Below are positions 26,553-34,610 of a stretch of 35,899 bases of DNA, in pieces; positions within the stretch are counted from its first letter, which is position 1, and every line of letters starts with the position of its first letter. Source of the DNA: Paracoccaceae bacterium (lineage in GTDB: Bacteria; Pseudomonadota; Alphaproteobacteria; Rhodobacterales; Rhodobacteraceae); assembly GCA_021767525.1 (NCBI GenBank), contig JAASTF010000001.1:1-35899 (forward strand), read 5' to 3'. Under the pieces are notes generated by a model, which saw only the letters and a list, made by a program, of their open reading frames with translations, searched no databases and was not told the origin of the DNA. The position numbers and the translations under genes are program-made.

Positions 26553-29500
26553 CGCCCGGGTTCAAACCGATCTCGACCGATTTCGCCACGCTTGCAAAGT
26601 GCGATTTCGATGTGATCGTCGTCGGCTCGGGTTACGGCGGGTCGGTTGCGGCGTCGCGCCTGGCGCGCTGCGGCAAATCTGTGGCCGTTCTGGAACGCGG
26701 GCGCGAGATCGTGCCGGGCGAATACCCGCGCGATGCGGGCGCGGTGTCGGGCGCGTTTCAAACCACTCTGTCCGGCGACACGATCGGCGAACGGGATGCG
26801 CTGTTCGACCTGCGGGTGTTTGACGACATGACCGTTCTGGTCGGGTGCGGCCTGGGCGGCACGTCGCTGATCAATGCCAATGTCGCCATTGCGCCCGAGC
26901 CGCGCGTGTTCGACGCCTGGCCGCAGCCGCCCGAAGGCGACTGGCCCACCGCGCTGGCCCCGCACCTGGCGCAGGCACGGGCCATGCTGGGCTCGACCTC
27001 TTATCCGGCCCACAAAACGCCGCCGAAACTGCACGCGATGCAGCGGATCGCCGCGGGGCTGGGCCGCAATTTGCAGCGCCCCGATATCAACGTGACCTTT
27101 CGTGACGGGCCGAACGCCGCCGGTATCTGGCAACCCGCCTGCGTCGATTGCGGCGACTGCGTGACCGGCTGCAATTATGGCGCCAAGAACACGACGCTGA
27201 TGAACTATCTGCCCGACGCCCACGCCTTTGGCGCAACGCTGGTGACAGGGGCCGAGGTTCTGACGGTCGCCCGCATCGCGCCCAAGACGCCCGACGCCGC
27301 CCCGCGCTGGCACGTCACGGCCCGACCGGTCACCGACGCCCCCGCCGCGCCTGCGCGGGGGCTGACGGGCGATGTTGTGATCCTTGCCGCCGGAACGCTG
27401 GGCAGCACCGAAATCCTGTTGCGCAGCGCCGCCGACCTGCCGCTAAGCCCCCGGCTGGGGCACGGCTTTTCCGGCAATGGCGACAGCTGGTCGCTTGGTT
27501 TCAATGCCAACATGCCGGACGAAACCGGCCGGCGCGCCGCCGTTTACGCGATCGGCGCAGGCCCGCATGGCATCCCCCCCGGCCCGGCCCCGACGGGGCC
27601 CGATTTGCACCGCCCCGGGCCGTGCATCACCGGCATGATCCATGTGACCGACCCGGCACTGGACAAAACCGTGATGATCGAAGAGGGCGTGATCCCCGGC
27701 GCCTTCGCCGCCGCCTGCGCCGTGGGCATTCCCGGGCTTGCCACGCTGGAAAGCGATCCGTTTCGGTATGGCGACCTGGCGCAGCGCGCCGGTGACATGG
27801 CCGATCTGGCCGCAAACATCACGGGCGACCCGGCAAAGCTGGCGGACAGCGTGTATGACGGCCCCGTGTCGCGCACCCTGCCTTTTCTGACCTTCAGCCA
27901 CGATGCGGCCGCGGGCGGGATGACATTGCGCCACGGCCGGGTATCGGTCAGCTGGGAGGGTGCGGGCCAGGATGCGGCCCTGGCCCATTCCGATGCGGCG
28001 CTGAAAAAGGCCTGCGACACGATCCAGGCAGAATATCTGCGCTTTCCCACCGCCTTGGATGCTTTCGGCAACCGAACGATGGTGGTCCATCCTCTGGGCG
28101 GCTGCGCGATCGGCGCCGATGCGACGACGGGCGTCGTCGACACCGAATGCCGGGTGTTCGACGGCCGGGGCGACGTGCATCAGGGGCTTTACGTTATGGA
28201 CGGCGCGATTATCCCCACGGCACTGGGCGCAAACCCGCATCTGACGATCACCGCGCTGGCCGAACGCGCGGTCACGCGGCTGGCCGAGGCCCGGCATTGG
28301 CATATCGACTGGGCCCCGCCCCCAGACCGCCAAAGCACGCCCACGGACAGCACACCCGATTACGCGCAGGTGCTAAAGCAGGTGATCGACGGGCTTCAGG
28401 CCATCGCCACCGCCATCGACGGCAAGGCGTTCGAACTGGCGCGATTGCTGCTGATGGGGGCCTGGCGTCAGGTCATCGAGTTTGCCCGGCAACGCGACGA
28501 CAGGCTGACGGGCGGGCGGCACAACTTTCCCACTGTCGAGCGTTTCATCCGGTATTTCGGCACGCCCGAGGCATTGGTGTCGACGACCGGCCCCATCATC
28601 GGGCAATTCCTCGACATCCTCGTGCCGCTGCAAATGACGGTCGACAAGGGCGATCTGCCCGCCCTGCTGGTCCTGCTTGAACGAAAGCTCGGGGATTTTT
28701 CGCCCGCCGCCCGCTTCCCCGAGGAAATGGCCGGGCATATCTCGCCCATTGGGGTCGACGATCCCGAAAGCGGCTTTGACGCGCACGACATTCTGGGCGA
28801 AGGGGCCTGGCCCTGCCATCTGAAAGCCACGCTGACGGCCGACCGCATCGCGGCCCTGGGCGCCGAGCCCGTGGGCAGCGCCGAGATGAAACACGCCAGC
28901 TTCACCTGCGCGGGGCTGGGCGGCACGTTTCACCTGACAGGGACCTTCAAGTTTCTCGCGCTCGACCCGCGCGCGGTGGACCGCTGGCGCGTCACCTATG
29001 ACGGGCGACTGACGCATGACGATGGCACCTCTTTCATGTTTCGCGGGCGCAAGACGCTGCAACATCGCAAGGGCGGGCATTGGTGGCGCGATCTGTGCGA
29101 TCTGGATGTCGATATCCTGGACGGCGACACGCCGGTTGCGCGCGGGCGGATGCAGGTCAGCCTGGAAAACGCGATCCGGCAGGCGCACGGCTTTGACGTG
29201 CGCTATGACGATTTGACGGATGCGCCGCAGTCGGTCTGGGACAGGATCAAGGAAACCGTCGGCGGTGGCGCGGACTGGCCGATCTGCAAAAGGCCCGATG
29301 TGTCCAAGCTGCCGGCGCTGTTTCGCGAAACCGGCTTTCGCGTGCTTTGCGCCAAGGCGGCGCTGGCGATACTTGATGCCGACGCAGCAAAAACACGGGC
29401 GCCCGCCCCTTCGGAACAGGTGGCGCAGGCGTTCAAGGCGCGCTTTCTGGCGCGGGCGGCAGGGCTGGTGTTTCGCAGCTATGGCGGGATCTACGCCTAT

Positions 29501-30730
29501 GGCGTCAACTTTCCCTATCGCGATCTGCAAGACACGCCCCCGGCCCGGCCCGACCTGCCGACGCCCGAGATCCTGTACCCCGAACCCGAGCCGGGCGTGG
29601 TTCTGAAACTGACCCGCTATCGCAAACCCCGTCCGGATGGCGCGCCGTTGAAAGGCCCGGTGATCCTGGCCAACGGTTTCGGCGTCAAGGCGTCGGCCTT
29701 TGCGGTGCCGACGACGTTCACCAACATCGTGGAAATGCTGGTCGAAGACGGGTTCGACGTGTGGTTGTTCGACTATCGCGGCAGCGGTGATGCTGCCGGC
29801 AGCACGACACGCTTTACCATCGATGACGTAGCGCAAAAGGACTGGCCCGCGGCGATCGACATGGTTCTGGCCCGCACCGGTGCCGCAAAGGTGCAGGTTC
29901 TGGCGCATTGCGTCGGATCGCTGTCGCTGTTCATGGCCGTGCTGGCGGGCGAAAGGCGCATCCGTTCGATCATCGCCTCGCAAGTGGGCGCGCACGGGAT
30001 CGTCAACTGGTTCAAGAATGCCCAGTTCGACGCCCAGATCGGCGGTGCTGTCGCCAACGGCCTGCCGCCCGCACTGTGGCCTCTGGTGGACATGCTGGGC
30101 CTCGATGACGAGCTGGCGACGCTGGCCAGGACCGGCCTGCCGGTCGTCGATGTGCGCGCGCCCACCGAAACCTATTCCGCGCCGCTGAACGCCGCGATGG
30201 ACGCGCTGCTGTGGTCGGTGCCGCATTTCTCGGATGTGCCCTGCAAGAACCCGACCTGCCATCGCATCAACTTTGTCTATGGCCCCACCTACCGGCACGA
30301 GAACCTCAACCAGGCCACACATAATTACATCCACCGGATGTTCGGCCCTGTCTCGTCGACGCCGTTTCTGCATCTTGCGCTGATGTTCGACGCCGGCAAA
30401 CTGCTCAGCGCGACGCTGGCTCCCGATGGCACGGTCCGGCCCGACGGCAAGACCCGGTATTACGACGGCCACGCCAACCTGGATATGCCGGTGCATTTCT
30501 TTTCCGGGGCGCAAAACCCCGAAATCCTGCCCGAAGCGACGCTGCGCAGCTATCACTGGCTGCGCCGCGTGAACGAAAGGCCCGACCGCTATACCAGGCA
30601 TGTTTACCAGGGCTATGGCCACATGGACTGCTTTGTCGGACGCGATGCATGGAAAGACATCTTTCCCGACCTTCTTGCCCTTTTGAACGACCCCGAAAAG
30701 GCCGCGAAACGCTATGCCGACGACACCTGA
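26549..30730 (+). CDS. Fusion protein: cholesterol-oxidase-like GMC oxidoreductase + uncharacterised middle domain + alpha/beta hydrolase (1393 aa)
   Basis: VGSGYGG, LERG, GLGGTSLINANV, CVDCGDCVTGC, AAGTLGSTEIL, HPLGGC, GLYVMDG..IPTALGANP; C-terminal GFDVWLFDYRGS, AHCVG, GYGHMD; ATGA coupling with the upstream gene. Confidence 0.9.
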   Translation: MTPGFKPISTDFATLAKCDFDVIVVGSGYGGSVAASRLARCGKSVAVLERGREIVPGEYPRDAGAVSGAFQTTLSGDTIGERDALFDLRVFDDMTVLVGCGLGGTSLINANVAIAPEPRVFDAWPQPPEGDWPTALAPHLAQARAMLGSTSYPAHKTPPKLHAMQRIAAGLGRNLQRPDINVTFRDGPNAAGIWQPACVDCGDCVTGCNYGAKNTTLMNYLPDAHAFGATLVTGAEVLTVARIAPKTPDAAPRWHVTARPVTDAPAAPARGLTGDVVILAAGTLGSTEILLRSAADLPLSPRLGHGFSGNGDSWSLGFNANMPDETGRRAAVYAIGAGPHGIPPGPAPTGPDLHRPGPCITGMIHVTDPALDKTVMIEEGVIPGAFAAACAVGIPGLATLESDPFRYGDLAQRAGDMADLAANITGDPAKLADSVYDGPVSRTLPFLTFSHDAAAGGMTLRHGRVSVSWEGAGQDAALAHSDAALKKACDTIQAEYLRFPTALDAFGNRTMVVHPLGGCAIGADATTGVVDTECRVFDGRGDVHQGLYVMDGAIIPTALGANPHLTITALAERAVTRLAEARHWHIDWAPPPDRQSTPTDSTPDYAQVLKQVIDGLQAIATAIDGKAFELARLLLMGAWRQVIEFARQRDDRLTGGRHNFPTVERFIRYFGTPEALVSTTGPIIGQFLDILVPLQMTVDKGDLPALLVLLERKLGDFSPAARFPEEMAGHISPIGVDDPESGFDAHDILGEGAWPCHLKATLTADRIAALGAEPVGSAEMKHASFTCAGLGGTFHLTGTFKFLALDPRAVDRWRVTYDGRLTHDDGTSFMFRGRKTLQHRKGGHWWRDLCDLDVDILDGDTPVARGRMQVSLENAIRQAHGFDVRYDDLTDAPQSVWDRIKETVGGGADWPICKRPDVSKLPALFRETGFRVLCAKAALAILDADAAKTRAPAPSEQVAQAFKARFLARAAGLVFRSYGGIYAYGVNFPYRDLQDTPPARPDLPTPEILYPEPEPGVVLKLTRYRKPRPDGAPLKGPVILANGFGVKASAFAVPTTFTNIVEMLVEDGFDVWLFDYRGSGDAAGSTTRFTIDDVAQKDWPAAIDMVLARTGAAKVQVLAHCVGSLSLFMAVLAGERRIRSIIASQVGAHGIVNWFKNAQFDAQIGGAVANGLPPALWPLVDMLGLDDELATLARTGLPVVDVRAPTETYSAPLNAAMDALLWSVPHFSDVPCKNPTCHRINFVYGPTYRHENLNQATHNYIHRMFGPVSSTPFLHLALMFDAGKLLSATLAPDGTVRPDGKTRYYDGHANLDMPVHFFSGAQNPEILPEATLRSYHWLRRVNERPDRYTRHVYQGYGHMDCFVGRDAWKDIFPDLLALLNDPEKAAKRYADDT

Positions 30731-33700
30731 GGGCGACACGCGCTGGACGGCGATCCTGTCGGCGGACATGGCCGGCTTTACCGAGATTTCGCAGGCCATC
30801 GGCCCCGAGCGGGTCTATGCCTTGCTGACCATCGTGCTGGATCACGCCCGCGCCGCCATCGCCGCCCATGACGGGCATGTGGTGGATACCGCGGGCGATG
30901 GCATCCTGGCCGCCTTCGGTGCACCGCGGGCGCTGGAAAACGCGGCGCTTTGCGCCTGTCGCGCGGCGCTTGATTTTCAGGACCGGCTGCAACGCGAACG
31001 GCAGCGGCTGGAATCCGAATTCGACGCCCTGATCCTGTTCCGGGTGGGCATCGCCGGCGGCAACACGATGGTCGCGCGGCTGGACGATGGCGGCATCAAG
31101 GTGGTCGGTCCCGCGGTCAACACCGTGGCGCGCCTGCAGGATCTGGCCATGCCGGGCGAAACGCTGATTTCCGACGCGGTGCGCCAACAGGCCGAGGGCC
31201 ATGTCAGAAGCGCCGATATCGGGCATGTCACCTTGAAAGGTTTTCCCGATCCGGTGCGGGTTCACAAGCTGGAAGGCGCCGAGGTGGCGGTCAGCAGCTT
31301 CGACGCCGCGCGCCGGCGCGGCCTGGTCGGGCTGGTGGGTCGCGGGCCCGAGTTGCGGCAGATCCTGTCCGCCCTGTCCGACCCCTCCGATCACGGCGTC
31401 ATGTTCCTGCGGGGCCCTGCGGGCATAGGCAAATCGCGCCTCGCTCACGAGGCCAGCATCGCAAGCGGCCTACGGGTGTTGACCGGCCAATGTCAGCCTT
31501 CGTCGAACTCGCGCGCCTACCAGCCCTTTTCCGAGATCTTCCGCCAGGCCGCCGATGTGGCAGCAGACGGCGACGTGCCAGACCCCGCGGCGCCCATCCT
31601 GATGCGCCACCCCGATTTGAGGGCCGAGTAGGCGGATATCGGCGCCGGTGACGACATACGTGACCAAACCGGCCGCGCGTTGCGGCTGCGCCTGCTATAC
31701 CTGAAGCTGCTGGAACGGATCGCCAGTGACGCCCCGACGCTGTTCGTGATCGAAGATGCCCATTGGATCGATCCGGCCTCTGGCGCCCTGCTGGCGCGGC
31801 TGGTGGAAAGCGGCCTGCCTTTGCTGCTGACGGCACGCCCCGGCCATGACCCGGACTGGATCGCGCGAGACAACGTGACCGTGCTGGACCTGGCGCCGCT
31901 GGATGACCCTGACATCGCGCGCATCGCGCAGGCGACGATCGCCATGCCGATCTCGGACAGGGTGGCACGTTTCGTGACCACGAAGGCCGAAGGCAACCCG
32001 CTGATCGCGCAGGAAATCGCCCGCGCACTGTCACAGGACGGGCATTTGGCGATAATCGACACCGGTGCCGACATGCAGCACGATCCCGGCCCGCTGGTGA
32101 CCGGCCAGCTAGAGCAGATGGTGCTGTCACGTATCGACCGGCTGGGTGCCACACAGCAGGAAACGATGCGTTTTGCCTCGACCATCGGTCGCGTTTTCGC
32201 CGCCTCGACGCTGGAGGCCGCGTTGCAGCGCCCCGCCGACCTGGCTGGTATCGCCCAGACCCCCGGCCTGATCGAACAGGTGGCGCCCGGGCGATGGCGC
32301 TTTGTACATGCGCTGATCCGCGACGCAGTTTACGGCAGCCTGCTGTCTGCCCACCGCCGCGAGGTGCACCACAAGATCGCCCGGGCGCTGGACGCCGCGC
32401 AAGGCAACGACAGCGATCTGGCGGCGGCTGTCGCGCATCATTATCTGCACTCGGACGCGCCCGAACTGGCCGCGCCGCATCTTGTGCGCGCCGCCGGGCA
32501 CAGCCTTGGCGCCTATGCGCTGGCCGAAACCGATGCCTTGTCGACCCGGGCCCATGACCTTGAGGTGCGCAATCCCGGTCTGCTGGACGATCGCAGCTAT
32601 GCCGACATGGCGGTGTATTGGCTACGCGCGATGGACAACATGGGCGATTTCCGGCGCGGTATGGCCCTGTCGCGGCAATTGCTGCCCCGGCTCGAGGCGA
32701 TGGGCTATTCCACGTCGCTGGGCATTTCCCGGATGCTGACGACAATCGCCCTGACCCACGCCTGGGACTATGACGCCGCCCACCGGATGGCGCAAACGAC
32801 GCTGGACCAGGCCGAAAGGCAGGGCGACGACTGGGGCGCGGCTTGGGCCAAGGTCGCCCTGATGCGGATCTTTGACGAAAGCAAGCGCGCCGATATCGCC
32901 ACGATCGAGCGGCTCTCTGCCGAAATCGCGCCCGTCGCCCTGCAAACCGACGACCGTCACATGGCGATGACGGCGCACTACCTGTTGTCGTCCGCTTACC
33001 GCTCGACCGGGCAGCGGCGCAAGGCGCTGGCGCAGGTCAAGACCATCGAAACCTTCTCGGTCACCCAAAACGACCGGCGGGCCATGGGCTATGCGAAATG
33101 GGCCCGCGCGCTGGTTCACGCGGTCGAAGGCGACCCGCAACGCGCTCATGACGCGATACGGGACGCGCGCGATTACGTCATCCCCGGCTCGGGCGATGAA
33201 AGGGTCAGCCTGGGCATCGTCTATTTCTGCGCCTCCTTCCTGGGCGCGCCCGGCGACGCCCCCGCCGGAATCGCCGCGCTGGAACACGAGGCCGCGCGCA
33301 TGGCCGACCGCAACATCGAGGGCTCGATGGCCTATACAAGCGCCTTCGCCGATCTGCGCGCAGGCGCCCTGGCCCGTGGCTGGCGCAAGCTGAACGCGTT
33401 GGAGCGGTATATCGGCCCAAAAGGCAACGTGAACCTGATGCACCAGGTTCTTGCCACGCGCTGCGAAATCCTGTTGGCGCTGGCCGGGCTGATCGATCCC
33501 GCGTCCGAGCGGCCGCAAGGCGCGCCCGGCCGTCCAGCCACCCGCCCCGGCCTTGCAGATATGCTGCTTTACGCGCAGCTTCGGCCGCGCGCCCTGCGCC
33601 TGGCCGAACGAACGATCGCCGCCAGCCACGCCCTGCCCAACGGGTTGGAAAGCGCGCATAGCACACGGCACACCATTGCCCTGGGCCTGATCCACCTGGC

Positions 33701-33815
33701 CCGCGGGCATCGGCAACAGGGCCGTGCGCTGCTGCAAGACGGGTTGGCCCTGGCCGAAAGCGAGGGGGTCGACATTCTGGCCCGCCGCGCCCGAACCGCG
33801 TTGGAAGCGGGCTGA
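30714..33815 (+). pseudogene. Class III nucleotide cyclase-STAND (AAA) ATPase-helical repeat protein, interrupted by one in-frame TAG at 31629-31631
   Basis: ORFs 30714..31631 and 31680..33815 are in the same frame with only one stop between them. Cyclase motifs SADMAGFT, AGDG, VNTVARL; Walker A GPAGIGKS before the stop; Walker B FVIEDAHWID, TARP, EGNPL, FVHALIRDAVY after it. Confidence 0.85.
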
Positions 33816-33866
33816 ACGCCCGCGCCGTGCGTCATTTTCCTCGGCACGGGGGGCGGTCTGTGCTAG

Positions 33867-33885
33867 TGATTTGCCAATCAAATCA
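33867..33885. promoter_or_regulatory. Inverted repeat TGATTTG-N5-CAAATCA upstream of the Crp-family gene
   Basis: Perfect 7-bp AT-rich arms immediately before the start codon. Confidence 0.5.
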
Positions 33886-33890
33886 GATCG

Positions 33891-34610
33891 GTGGCGTATA
33901 TGAACGGCGAGGCGGCTTCTGATGGCGATCTGCGCCGCATTTTGATCCGCGCCTTGGGCGATGATGCGCCCGAGGCCTTGTTCGGCACCGCCCGGCCCGT
34001 GCGCTTTGCCCGCGGGGCGACGATCTTTTCGATCGGCGATCCGGGCACCGGCGTGATCCTGATCGAAAGCGGACGGGTCGAGGTGTCGACCATGTCGGTC
34101 GCGGGGCGCAAATCGGTGCTGGCCCATATGGGCCCCGGCGCGCTTTTGGGCGATATCGCCGCCTTGGACGGGGGCGGTCGGTCAGCCGATGCGGTGGCCG
34201 CGACCGACGTGACCGGGCGGTTCCTGCCGCGCGAGACTTTGCTGAAGTTCATCGGCGCGCACCCGGCGCTGGCCCGCGCGATCATCGTCGAGCTGTGCCG
34301 AAAGGCGCGCAATGCCTCGGATATGTTCGTCACGCAAACCCTGCCCGAGGCCGAGGCGCGACTGGCGCGTGCCCTGTTATGCCTGTTCGATGGCTGGGGC
34401 ACCGCCGACAGCTACGGCGCGATCACCCTGACCGAACGGTTTTCGCAACAGGACCTGGGCGCCTTTTGCAGCCTCGCGCGCGAAAATGTCAGCCGTCAGA
34501 TCACCGCCTGGACCGCGCAGGGTATCCTGGCCAATCGCGACCGCCGGCTGGTTCTGCTGGACCGTGCGCGGCTGCAGGCTTTGGCCGAGGGCTGGACATC
34601 GCAGACCTAA
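33891..34610 (+). CDS. Crp/Fnr family transcriptional regulator (cNMP-binding domain + HTH)
   Basis: IFSIGDPG, IESGRVEV, GPGALLGDIAALDGGGRSADAVA, FSQQDLG....ARENVSR; no Fnr Cys cluster. Start GTG 33891 or ATG 33900. Confidence 0.92.
   Translation: MAYMNGEAASDGDLRRILIRALGDDAPEALFGTARPVRFARGATIFSIGDPGTGVILIESGRVEVSTMSVAGRKSVLAHMGPGALLGDIAALDGGGRSADAVAATDVTGRFLPRETLLKFIGAHPALARAIIVELCRKARNASDMFVTQTLPEAEARLARALLCLFDGWGTADSYGAITLTERFSQQDLGAFCSLARENVSRQITAWTAQGILANRDRRLVLLDRARLQALAEGWTSQT

Noticed and set aside
31629-31631. Pyrrolysine recoding of the TAG
   Set aside because: No pyl genes are visible, the stop lies in a variable non-catalytic segment, and other genes in the window use TAG as a normal stop.
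31680-33815. Independent 711-aa gene starting at TTG
   Set aside because: No RBS, begins mid-ATPase without Walker A, and is in frame with the upstream cyclase ORF; treated as one interrupted gene.
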